From a bacterium (lineage in GTDB: Bacteria > Verrucomicrobiota > Kiritimatiellia > CAIKKV01 > CAITUY01): 64,000 nucleotides of DNA. Of the stretch, positions 1-8,731 are shown piece by piece. The stretch is from positions 11,111 to 75,110 of the forward strand of contig JBAXMJ010000002.1 in the NCBI GenBank assembly GCA_037134355.1, given 5' to 3'. The translations under genes were made by a program, and so were the position numbers. The stretch's first letter is position 1. Each line of letters opens with the position of its first letter. A model generated the notes under the pieces. That model ran no database searches, was not told where the DNA came from, and worked only from the letters and a program-made list of their open reading frames with translations.

Positions 1-2460
1 CAGCCATTAACAGGCATGCGCGCATTTCGCCTTCCTGCTCATCGGTAAATACGCCGCTGGAAACGATGGCATCATAAGCCTCCGCCTGCGGTGCCCAGCA
101 TCTTCCGCCGACCGGTGACCATACATCGTTATTCTCGCGTGATAACAGCAAACTGCGCACCTGTTCCGGCATTTGGGTTCCGAGTTGTCTCGCTATCAGC
201 CAGCCGGTCGCGGGATCGCCGGTTACCAGGAAGTTCAGCGTATCTGCCCCATGGGCTACCTTGCCGGTACGCACTTTATACCCGCTGTTACTCACTTTTT
301 TCCATAGTTTCTTCATCGCTGGATGCTTGATATTTTCGCGGATGGCTGGTAATTTATCGCGTTTTGCCAACAGGCAGGGGCGATAACTGCGATCTTCTTC
401 ATCAAGCTGCCATTGTCTCAGGTCATCCAGGCGCGGAAATGATGTTTTGTGGCGAACGTGGTAAATCTCTTTGCGCGGTCCGTCGCCGCGAGCGAAATCT
501 GATGCCAGCAATCCCCAATGGCGTTCGCCGGCGAAGCGGGGGAATGATATTTCCAATTTGCCGTCGGCAGTGCTGTTAACGGTTATCATAGATATCGTTG
601 AGCCGACCATTTCGGGGTAGGGCCAGTCCAATTCATGCCCGCCCGGCGGTGGTCCGGCGGCGATGGCGGCAAATGCGTGGTCAATCCACTGGCCGCGATT
701 GCGGGTGAAAACTGATACCTGATCGTGACTTTTCAGCCCATCGAAAGATGCCGACCAGCCGAATCCCGCCGGTGGAATCCACCAGGGTACGCTTTCCTGC
801 AGGCGCGCCAATTCTTTGTCGGTATCAACCAGGGTATGCCAATGCGGGGTTTCGCCTTCTGCAGTCCAATGCAGGTAGCCGCGTCCGCCGCGGAAATCTT
901 CCATTCCCATGATCATGATCGCACCCGGTATCGCCTCCCCGCGTTCGCTGATCAGCAGGTATTCTTCGCCGGCGTGTGCGGTAAGGGTGAATGAACAACG
1001 CTCAAGGGTGGGGAACAGGTAAGAAATTTCTACAATCAATTCTATCGGTCCATCATGCTGAATTGTTGATGTATGCGTGATAGCCGGATTGCCGGGTATT
1101 TGCCAGCGGCCTTCGCCGCGCCATACTTTATCCGGTCCCATTACTGCCATAATCGGCGCGGCGGAATCTGTCGCGCCTGCCCAGGGGATGCAGAATTTGC
1201 TTCGTCCGGTGTCAATTACCGCGGTAATGCCATCGGCTTCTATGGTCAGCATTGATGCTGGTGCTGCCTGAGTTGTTAATTTTTCTTCAGTAAAATACCA
1301 TCCGAATTGACGCGTTGCGCGCTGCGGCAAATCCGTGAAGAAAAGCACCCGTCCCTGAGCATCGCGCTGATGTGGCAATTCGCCTTTTTCATCACTCCAA
1401 ACCAGGGTATCCGCGCCTGCTGGCGGTGTTGGCCAGTCAATGCGCAAGTCCTGGCGCGGGAAATCATGCCAGAATGGATTTGTTAATATTTCCGTTGCCT
1501 GCTTGTACCATTTGCGTCCGTTGCATTCAAGCGCTGAGGGCAAGGTGTCAGTGATTTTTTTAGCCGGAGCGCTGTGCCATTCGGTGAATTTTAAATCGAC
1601 ATCTGCCAGCGGTGAACCGTCGACGCACAGGTCGCGGACCAGGAAACGGGTGGGAACGCCTTCGATGCCCGGTATGGTTATCGCGATGAAACCGATGCCA
1701 GCGACCGCTTCACCGGTTATGGCAAAGGTCCCGTCAGCATTTAACGGCGCGGATAATGTGGTGATTTCGCCTATTCTCGGTGACTGTATGCCGCATCCAT
1801 TGGCAATTACTTTGGAAGGGTGGATGCCGGGTACAGCAGCTTCGATGCCCAGGGTTACGGTAATATCTTTTCCGGCCTGGTTTGGAACATGAATTCGTCC
1901 TGCCAGTTTCACCGGTACGGGAGTGGGTGGGACAACTTCCGGCTTAGGCCAGCGTTTGCTCAACTCTTCATATGCTTCAATATCAGCGTCAATCCTTCGC
2001 TCTGCATCCCGGGAGCCATTTCTGAATAACTCTATTGCTTTAGCCGCTGTTATCTTATTGAGGTTTGTATTTAATATATCATTAATTGATTCTATCCGGC
2101 GTTTTTCAAGATTTTCCTTGAAATCTTCATACGTTAAACCGTTATCTTTCTCGGGTGAAAAGCGGTAAAAGTTATAACCGGATGCTCGTGAAAGATCATC
2201 ATAACGCCGCAGCAAAGCTTCAATCCCGTCGCCGGCGTCTACCAGTGTCGCCATTGCCGCGGGTAAATCGCCCAGGTGCGACAGCGCATCATGAAGCACT
2301 ATTTTTACCGCGTTGCTCTCATCAACCGGCAATTGCTTTTCCAGCAGAGCATTAGCGATTCGGCGCGAAGTCTCATAACATTCATCTGCTAACGCTGATT
2401 CTGCCCCGGCAAGCGAAACAGGATACTTCCAGGACTCAGGAGTTGAATAATCGTTCATCA
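1..2460 (-). CDS. Large hypothetical protein (N-terminal >=820 aa; 3' end beyond the window edge), low-GC, possibly horizontally acquired
   Basis: Uninterrupted minus-strand reading frame. ATGATGAAC start at 2460 (reverse complement of ...gttcatcat), preceded by an AAAGG Shine-Dalgarno (SD) motif and a TATAAT -10. The gene runs off the left edge. No complete ORF in the track because there is no stop inside the window. Translation begins MMNDYSTPESWKYPVSLAGAESALADECYETSRR. No signal peptide. GC about 47% versus about 63% for the rest; AAA/ATA/TTA-rich codons. No family confidently recognised; a polysaccharide-lyase/heparinase-II/III-like fold cannot be excluded. Confidence 0.6.
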
Positions 2461-2499
2461 TAATAAACCTTTCTTATTTCAATTTTTCAGGATAATTGC

Positions 2500-2560
2500 T
2501 GGCTGTATTATAACTAAATTTTTTTAGAAAATATCAGCAAAATATCAGCAAATTTAGAAA
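2500..2560 (-). promoter_or_regulatory. Putative sigma70-type promoter (-10 TATAAT at 2508-2513) with upstream tandem direct repeats (AAAATATCAGC x2, TTAGAAAATAT x2)
   Basis: AT-rich tract immediately upstream of the 2460 start codon. Exact TATAAT on the minus strand. 11-bp tandem repeat at 2528-2549 that could be an activator or UP-element site. Confidence 0.3.
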
Positions 2561-2594
2561 ATATAAACCGATTTAACAGAAGATGGGCAATTAA

Positions 2595-2799
2595 GGGCGC
2601 ATCTGCGATTTGGTGCACGCTCTTTTGCGGGTAACGGCAGGAAAGACGGATGCCTCGGAGAGGCATCCCTACCCTTGGGGAAAGGCCAGTCCAATAAGGG
2701 TAGGGAGGTCTCTCCGAGACCTCCGGGTACTGGCCCACCCTCGCCCGGAGATCGAGGGCCACCGTGTGGAGCCCCTGCACCGAATCGCAGATGCGCCCG
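2595..2799. mobile_element. MITE-like non-autonomous element (about 204 bp) with 23-bp terminal inverted repeats and an 8-bp flanking direct repeat
   Basis: Left end GGGCGCATCTGCGATTTGGTGCA (2595-2617). Right end TGCACCGAATCGCAGATGCGCCC (2776-2798), its reverse complement with 1 mismatch. Flanked by GCAATTAA at 2587-2594 and 2800-2807. Interior made of several GC-rich hairpins (GATGCCTC..GAGGCATC; CCCTACCCTT..AAGGGTAGGG; AGGTCTC..GAGACCT). No ORF. Confidence 0.45.
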
Positions 2800-2897
2800 G
2801 CAATTAATATGAATTTTGTTTTTATGGTACAATTTACCTTTTAGCTTCCTTAATGACTCCAGCGGAGTCAAATATAGATAGAAAAGAATCAAAAGCA

Positions 2898-2962
2898 GAT
2901 ACCCGACCCCAGCATGGGTCGCATCTCAATATAATATGCGACCCACGCTGGGGTCGGGTATC
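2898..2962. repeat. Large palindrome (27-bp arms, 11-nt AT loop), REP-like or terminator-like
   Basis: GATACCCGACCCCAGCATGGGTCGCAT | CTCAATATAAT | ATGCGACCCACGCTGGGGTCGGGTATC with 1 mismatch. Followed at about 2988-3007 by a related hairpin TTGACCCACCCTGGGGTCAA sharing the GACCC..GGGTC core. Confidence 0.6.
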
Positions 2963-3028
2963 GTTCTCAAATATGAATCTATAAATATTTGACCCACCCT
3001 GGGGTCAATAATCGAAAGTCATTACAAT

Positions 3029-3195
3029 ACAAGTATTATATTCTTGTGCCTGGAGTCCATCCCGCAGTTTCTCCGCGACCCGATCTTGACCTTCTCGCCA
3101 GCTTTCCCTATGATCTCAAGAATGGAAACGATGTTTCAGGTCGGTCTCAACGGGCAAGTGTCCGTACCACCAGAAAAGCGATTTCTTATCCATTT
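3029..3195. repeat. Direct repeat copy A (about 167 bp), left flank of the esterase gene
   Basis: About 96% identical to 4285-4450. Begins with the small hairpin ACAAGTATTATATTCTTGT. The track ORF inside it (2989..3276) has a near-identical twin in copy B, so it is a repeat-derived reading frame. Confidence 0.8.
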
Positions 3196-3294
3196 CACTG
3201 TCATCCCATAGGCACCGTTTCACGAGTACAATACCCTGTATTTGATGGTGTTTTAAAATCGTTTGCGAGATTGTGATTGTTGAAATTTCCTTTC

Positions 3295-3358
3295 GTAATC
3301 GTAATCATAATCGTAATCCTTTCCGGGGCAGTCGATTACGATTAAGATTACGATTAGG
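3295..3358. repeat. Inverted hexamer-repeat hairpin: (CGTAAT)x4 ... (ATTACG)x4
   Basis: CGTAATCGTAATCATAATCGTAATCC - loop TTTCCGGGGCAGT - CGATTACGATTAAGATTACGATTAGG. About 26-bp imperfect stem built from tandem hexamers. Sits about 65 bp upstream of the esterase start codon. Followed by an 8-bp inverted repeat ATGTATCC..GGATACAT overlapping the SD. Confidence 0.7.
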
Positions 3359-3421
3359 ATTTCTATGGGATGGTAATGTATCCATTTATATCTCAACCAT
3401 AGTCGCAAAAGGATACATGTT

Positions 3422-4201
3422 ATGAAAATCACTGCAACTCTCTCTCTCCTCGTCACTTTTACCGCCTCTGCCGCTGACCGCCCGCTGGTCTTTGTCTTTA
3501 CCGGCGAGAGCAATTCCGGCGGCATTGGCCGGAATGCCGAGGCCACGCCTGCGGAGCAGGCGGTGCGACCCAGCGTTCAGATCATGAACCTGACCAACGG
3601 GCTCTTTACCTTCGAGCCGCTCCTGCTGGGCCAGAACAACCTGCGTGATCATGCCGGGCTCGAAAGCTACTATGCCGGTTGTCATGGATTGGAAGTCGGC
3701 CTGGCTAATGCTGTGGAAGCCGGCGCATTCAAGGGGCTTAAGCACGTCTATCTGGTCAAGACCGGCCAGGGTGGATCCAAGATCGAGCAATGGGCGCCGG
3801 AGGCCGGATACTGGAAGAAGTTCGACCAGCGTCTCTCAGCGGCGACGCGGCAGGTGCCGACCAACGCGCAGTGGGTGGTCTGGTTCAGCCTGGGGATCAA
3901 CGACGCCATCGCCAACACTCCCATTGCCTCATGGAAACAAGATACCCTCGCGCATCTGAAGCGGATCAAGAAGGAGCTGCCGGGCGCACCGATCGTGATG
4001 ACCCAGTTCCAGTCCATGAAGCGGTACGCCGCCACGGACAAGACGCTTGCGGAGATTGCGGCAGAGGAACCCGGAGTCTTCGTGGTCGACTCCACCGGTG
4101 CCGGGATGGAGCCTGACGGGAACCATTGGAACTATGCTGGATTGAAGACCGTCGCGCAACGGATGGTCGAGACGACGGTGAAAGCGCTGGGCGGGAAGTG
4201 A
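3422..4201 (+). CDS. Secreted SGNH-hydrolase-family esterase (sialate O-acetylesterase/DUF303-like carbohydrate esterase)
   Basis: 259 aa. Signal peptide MKITATLSLLVTFTASAADRP. GESNSGG block (GDS(L)/SGNH catalytic Ser motif) near the N-terminus. AAGGA SD. Bracketed by the two 167-bp direct repeats. Confidence 0.75.
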   Translation: MKITATLSLLVTFTASAADRPLVFVFTGESNSGGIGRNAEATPAEQAVRPSVQIMNLTNGLFTFEPLLLGQNNLRDHAGLESYYAGCHGLEVGLANAVEAGAFKGLKHVYLVKTGQGGSKIEQWAPEAGYWKKFDQRLSAATRQVPTNAQWVVWFSLGINDAIANTPIASWKQDTLAHLKRIKKELPGAPIVMTQFQSMKRYAATDKTLAEIAAEEPGVFVVDSTGAGMEPDGNHWNYAGLKTVAQRMVETTVKALGGK

Positions 4202-4284
4202 ATGAAGAAGTCAGGGATCAATCGCCCGTAATCGTAGACCGGATGCAAAAAACATGACCCCTCACATCAGCCTCAAAAAGCAGA

Positions 4285-4450
4285 ACAAGTATTATATTCT
4301 TGTGCCTGGAGTCCATCCCGCAGTTTCTCCGCGACCCGATCTTGACCTTCTCGCCAGCTTTCCCTATGAACTCAACAATGGAAACGATGTTTCAGGTCAG
4401 TCTCAACGGGCAAGTGTCCGTACCACCAGAAAAGCGATTTCTTATCCATT
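4285..4450. repeat. Direct repeat copy B (about 167 bp), right flank of the esterase gene
   Basis: Matches 3029-3195 with about 6 substitutions. Lies between the convergent 3' ends of the esterase and araC-like genes. Confidence 0.8.
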
Positions 4451-4471
4451 AATGTGTGAACGGCTTGCCTC

Positions 4472-5338
4472 TTACAATTGAGATTTCTGAAGGATGCTAT
4501 GGATCCTGCAGTTCTGGCGAAGGGTGTTTCCACGGAAGGCGGCGGGGCTTTGGCCGGTGTGGCGTTTAAAGACCCGGCTGAAATAGAACGGGTCCGGATA
4601 GCCGCAGTCGGCCGCCACCTCGGCGATAGCGACGCTGGACATGCGCAGGGCCCGCGCCGCCCGTTCAATGCGGATGGAAGTAAGGTAATGCGCTGGACTT
4701 TTGCCGGTCCGTTTTTTGAAGAGGCGGTAGAAATACCCCTCGCTGACACCCGCCATGGCGGCCACGTCTGCGAAACCGATATTTTCGGCGAAGTGCTCGT
4801 GCATCCAGACAATAGCTTTTTCAACCGGATCCCGGGCAGGACGGCTGCCGCCTTCGTCCAGCGCTCGAAAAAAACCGCCGATCAGCGTCAGGAGCATCCC
4901 ATCGATTTCGAAGCCGATGCGGCCAAAGCGACGCTGCGAAAACAGCCACAGTTTTTCGGCGGCTTTCGTCAATGCCGGATCCGTAAGGCAGATGGGGGCG
5001 CCGGTGGCGGCCTTGCCCATCAGGCGGCCTTCGTAGCCGATCCAGATCGTGTCCATGCCGTTGGATTCCTCGCGATGCTCGACCCCCGGCGGAATCAGAA
5101 TCAGCATACCGCCATGCATGGGAAGGACGCGGTCGTGCAAGTGAAGCCGGCCAGAGCCGTTCAGCACGATCGTGAATTCCCAGAAGGCATGCAGGCTGAC
5201 GGTGGCGGCGGCACGGGGGCCGCTGTAGCGCTCGACGAAAAACGGTCGCAGGAAAACCGGGGAAGGGGACAGCGCGGATGCGCTCCAGAGCAAGTCCCTG
5301 AAAAAAGTGAGATCTTCAATGGTTTTTGGTTTTGCCAT
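4472..5338 (-). CDS. AraC-family transcriptional regulator (N-terminal cupin-like sensing domain, C-terminal HTH)
   Basis: 288 aa. C-terminal AraC HTH (..YFYRLFKKRTGKSPAHYLTSIRIERAARAL.. and ..DCGYPDPFYFSRVFKRHTGQSPAAFR). Divergent from the downstream plus-strand operon. Confidence 0.8.
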   Translation of the reverse strand: MAKPKTIEDLTFFRDLLWSASALSPSPVFLRPFFVERYSGPRAAATVSLHAFWEFTIVLNGSGRLHLHDRVLPMHGGMLILIPPGVEHREESNGMDTIWIGYEGRLMGKAATGAPICLTDPALTKAAEKLWLFSQRRFGRIGFEIDGMLLTLIGGFFRALDEGGSRPARDPVEKAIVWMHEHFAENIGFADVAAMAGVSEGYFYRLFKKRTGKSPAHYLTSIRIERAARALRMSSVAIAEVAADCGYPDPFYFSRVFKRHTGQSPAAFRGNTLRQNCRIHSILQKSQL

Positions 5339-5506
5339 GTGGGTAGTGTCTGGATCGACATTCCCATCGTCAAGGCTATAAACGTCAGCAAGTCATAATA
5401 ATCCATGCCGAATGTCAGGCGATTCCATTGAATATTGGTTTCGTTGGCGGTAGACTACTTTGGATGATCAATATAGAGCAGGTGTGAAGTTTGCTCGGGA
5501 AAGGAT

Positions 5507-6505
5507 TTGAAGATGAAGGCTGCATTTCGAAAGGGACGGGCGCTGATGCTGCGGGATATTCAGTTGCCGAAGCTGAAAACAGGGCAGATCCGGCTGAAGG
5601 TGGATGCCTGCGGGGTATGCGGTACCGATGTGCATTCGACTTCCGAGGTTGAGGAGCAGTTCGGGCACGAGGTAGCCGGCACGGTACTTGAAACCGGAGA
5701 AGGGGTGACTGGCCTGGCGGCGGGGCAGAAGGTGGTGCTGGATTCGGCGACGCCCTGCGGGCGGTGCACCGCCTGTAAGAACGGTGCCCAGGAACTTTGT
5801 TCGGATATACAAAGCATCTGGTTTGTTCCAAGTTTTGGATTTGCCGAGGAGATTGTCGCCCCGGCCATCTGCGCGATTCCCTATGAGGGACTTTCCCCGG
5901 AAGTGGCCTGCCTGCAGGAACCGCTCGGGGTGGCGCTTGATCTGGTGCGGCTGGCAGATATCACCACAGACTCGAACGTGCTGATCATGGGGCAGGGACC
6001 GATTGGATTGATGGCGACGGCGCTGGTGAAGCGGGCCGGGGCACGCCGGATTTTTGTTTCGGAACTGAACGCGCGGACAAAACGCGTGGAGCTTGCCGGT
6101 CGTTTTGGTGCCGATCGTTGTCTCGATCCATCCGAAACGAACCTGGAAACGTATGATTTTGGCTGCAAGATTGACCGCATTCTGGTGACGGCGCCGCCGA
6201 AAGTGTTGCCAGCAGCGTTTGCGATTGCCGCCAAGGGGGCGATTATTTCCTTCATCGGGATTGCATTCGGTGAGGCGGCCAACATCACGTTCGACGCCAA
6301 TGCCTTCCACTTCAAGAAGCTACAGCTTCGGGCCTCGTTTGCATCGCCGGCGCTTTACGGTCCGCGCGCACTGCGCTGCCTAAAAGAGGGAATCGTGGAT
6401 GGCGAGGCCATGGTCACACATCGGTTCCCGCTGGATCAATTGGGCGAGGCCATCCACGTTTCATTGTCCGATCCAGAAGCCGTCAAAGCGGTTATCCTGC
6501 CGTAA
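5507..6505 (+). CDS. Zinc-dependent medium-chain alcohol/polyol dehydrogenase (sorbitol/threonine-DH-like)
   Basis: 332 aa. CGVCGTDVH and GHEVAG catalytic-Zn motifs. C-x2-C-x2-C structural Zn site (CGRCTACKNG). GQGPIGL Rossmann motif. GAAAGGA SD. Confidence 0.85.
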   Translation: MKMKAAFRKGRALMLRDIQLPKLKTGQIRLKVDACGVCGTDVHSTSEVEEQFGHEVAGTVLETGEGVTGLAAGQKVVLDSATPCGRCTACKNGAQELCSDIQSIWFVPSFGFAEEIVAPAICAIPYEGLSPEVACLQEPLGVALDLVRLADITTDSNVLIMGQGPIGLMATALVKRAGARRIFVSELNARTKRVELAGRFGADRCLDPSETNLETYDFGCKIDRILVTAPPKVLPAAFAIAAKGAIISFIGIAFGEAANITFDANAFHFKKLQLRASFASPALYGPRALRCLKEGIVDGEAMVTHRFPLDQLGEAIHVSLSDPEAVKAVILP

Positions 6506-6635
6506 CCCGGAGTCTGATTGTGCGAAAAAATACCGATCATCCGCCGTATCTCACCATTCGTGATGTGGAGGGATCCTATACGATCCCCTATATTCGTTCG
6601 GATCGCAGCGGGGACACAGGAGAGGGTGTGGAAGA

Positions 6636-7577
6636 ATGATGACCGGTAAAGACAGAATGCTCAAGACGCTTCAGTTCGAGGAACCCGACAGGCCCCCTCA
6701 TTTTGAGGTTATGTTCGAACTGGAGAAGGAGGCCTTTGGCCTCGAATTTCCCGACCGTCATGCCTGGGCCGGTTGTTCCGCCACGGAGAAGGACCGGATG
6801 ATCGGCCAGTGCATGGAGATCTACCAGAAGATCGTCGAACGGTACCGGTGGGACGCCCTGGCGGTCTTCTGGCCCTGGAGCGACCCTGACGGAGTGGTCG
6901 CGGCCAGGAAGACATTCGGCGATGATATCCTCATCGGAAGCATCGTGGGACAATCCATCTGGTCCATCGAGGGCATTACGGATTGGACGGAGTTCGCCGT
7001 GCTGCTGATGGACCAACCTAGCGAGATCCATCGCATTGCGGATGAGAAGACCGCCGTTGCCATTGAGAAGATCAAGCGGTTGGTGGGGGCAGGCGCCGAA
7101 TTCATCCATCTCGTCAACGATGTCGCCTTCAATGCCGGTCCGTTCATCTCTCCCGCGCAGTTCTCGGAATTCATCACGCCGCAGTTGAAGCGGCAGGTTG
7201 ACTTTATCAAGTCGCAGGGTGCGATCCCTTTTGTTCATTCCGATGGCAACATTGATTCCATCCTCGATGACTACCTGTCATTGGGGGCGGCCTGCTTCCA
7301 GTCCGTGGACCCCATGGCCGGAATGGACATCGCGAAGACGAAGAAACGCTGCCAGGGGAAAATGGCGTTGATGGGGAATGTGCAGTGTAATCTGCTTCAG
7401 GATGGCCCGCTGGAGGCGATCCGGGAATCCGCGCTCTACTGCCTGGAAAACGCCTCGCCCGGCGGCGGGTACATTTTCGGAACCTCGAATACCATTTTCC
7501 CCGGCATGCCACTGGCGCATTACGAATATATGCTGGAGGTGTTTCGGGAGTTTTATGGGCGGAGGCACATGTCATGA
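6636..7577 (+). CDS. URO-D/MtaA(CmuA)-like family protein, paralog 1
   Basis: 313 aa. N-terminus MMTGKDRMLKTLQFEEPDRPPHFEV is typical of methylcobamide:CoM methyltransferase (MtaA)/uroporphyrinogen-decarboxylase-like proteins. The MtaA Zn H-x-C position reads HSDG. 4-bp overlap with the next gene. Confidence 0.7.
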   Translation: MMTGKDRMLKTLQFEEPDRPPHFEVMFELEKEAFGLEFPDRHAWAGCSATEKDRMIGQCMEIYQKIVERYRWDALAVFWPWSDPDGVVAARKTFGDDILIGSIVGQSIWSIEGITDWTEFAVLLMDQPSEIHRIADEKTAVAIEKIKRLVGAGAEFIHLVNDVAFNAGPFISPAQFSEFITPQLKRQVDFIKSQGAIPFVHSDGNIDSILDDYLSLGAACFQSVDPMAGMDIAKTKKRCQGKMALMGNVQCNLLQDGPLEAIRESALYCLENASPGGGYIFGTSNTIFPGMPLAHYEYMLEVFREFYGRRHMS

Positions 7578-8710
7578 CCCCGAAACAACGCATGCTGGCC
7601 GCCTATCGCGGGGAACTGCCGGATACCGTGCCGGTCGCGCCGGAGTTCTGGTACTACCTGCCCGCCCGGCTGCTGGGTGTGGACATGGTCCGGTTCGAGC
7701 GCGAGATTCCGCTCTGGGAGGCTTTGCTGAAGACCTTCCGTCACTACGGCACGGAAGGGTGGGGCGCCGTCTTCACCAGCATCCCAGCGCCGGACGTCAA
7801 GAGCACGGAACGCTGGACGGAACTGGCCGATGGCCGGTTTGAGTCGCGGATGACCCATGTCACGCCTCACGGGTCGCTCACGTCAAGTCAGGTCTATGAC
7901 CGCCACGAACCGTCCTGGGCGGCGGAACGGCCCATCAAGGATTTTATCCGGGACTGGCCCGCCTACAAGGCGGTCAGCCTGGGCTGTGTCGAGGAGGCGG
8001 ACTGGCGGCCGGTGAACCGGGCAGTGGAGGCCGTCGGGGAGGACTATCTGCTGGAGTTGTGGCTCGGGTTTCCGTTCTTCGACTACATCGCCCTGCCGCG
8101 CGAAGGCGGGCTGGAGCAGGGTATCTTCGATCTGCTGGAGCATGAGTCCTTCTTTGAGCAACTGCACGAGGAGTATATCGAGTGGATGCGCCGGCTGGCG
8201 CGGGCGGCGGCGGCCCGGACGACGGCCGAGTCTTTCTGCATCGGCTGCGCCTGGTCCTGTGTGTCCTTGATCGGGCCGGACCTCTGGCGTCGCTGGGACA
8301 AGCCCGTCATCCGGGCCGTGGCGGATGAGCTCCACGCCGCGGGAAAACTGCTCCATATCCATTTCCACGGCAAGAGCCATGCCGTGCTGGCCGATCTTGC
8401 CGACTGCGGGGCCGATTGCGTTTGTCCCTTCGAGCGCGCTCCGGGCGGGGATATTGCCGACCTTGGCGAGGTTCGCCGTATTTTGGGAGACCGGGTAACC
8501 GTCAACGGCAACGTCCATACGGTGGAAACCCTGATCCGTGGCACGCCCGCCGATGTTGAGCGGGAAGTTGAGGAAATCTTTGCGCAGTGGGGGCCGGATA
8601 AACGGCGGTTGATCCTCGGTACGGGCGATCAGGTCGGACGGGAGACGACGGATGAAAATATTGCCGCCATGATTCATGCTGGACGGCGGCTCGGAAAATG
8701 CAACGGATAA
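7574..8710 (+). CDS. URO-D/MtaA-like family protein, paralog 2
   Basis: 378 aa. MTPKQRMLAAYRGELPDTVPVAPEFWYY N-terminus. Equivalent Zn position reads HFHG. ATGA overlap with the upstream gene, indicating translational coupling. Confidence 0.7.
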   Translation: MTPKQRMLAAYRGELPDTVPVAPEFWYYLPARLLGVDMVRFEREIPLWEALLKTFRHYGTEGWGAVFTSIPAPDVKSTERWTELADGRFESRMTHVTPHGSLTSSQVYDRHEPSWAAERPIKDFIRDWPAYKAVSLGCVEEADWRPVNRAVEAVGEDYLLELWLGFPFFDYIALPREGGLEQGIFDLLEHESFFEQLHEEYIEWMRRLARAAAARTTAESFCIGCAWSCVSLIGPDLWRRWDKPVIRAVADELHAAGKLLHIHFHGKSHAVLADLADCGADCVCPFERAPGGDIADLGEVRRILGDRVTVNGNVHTVETLIRGTPADVEREVEEIFAQWGPDKRRLILGTGDQVGRETTDENIAAMIHAGRRLGKCNG

Positions 8711-8731
8711 GAATTAAACAAGGAGAGGGAT

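Noticed and set aside
2595-2799. Riboswitch, 6S RNA or RNase P RNA assignment for the hairpin-rich 204-bp element
   Set aside because: No conserved RNase P, 6S or common riboswitch sequence blocks recognised by eye. The terminal inverted repeats plus flanking direct repeat favour a MITE. Left open for an Rfam scan.
2989-3276. 95-aa ORF, and its twin 4254..4481 (75 aa), inside the 167-bp direct repeats
   Set aside because: Identical only because the DNA repeat is duplicated. No SD motif, no recognisable family, and the ORF ends diverge outside the repeat. More likely repeat-borne noise than genes.
3295-3358. Possible CRISPR array (short tandem repeats)
   Set aside because: The repeats are 6-bp units arranged as an inverted pair with no spacers. 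No CRISPR-like repeat-spacer periodicity occurs anywhere in the window and no cas genes are present.
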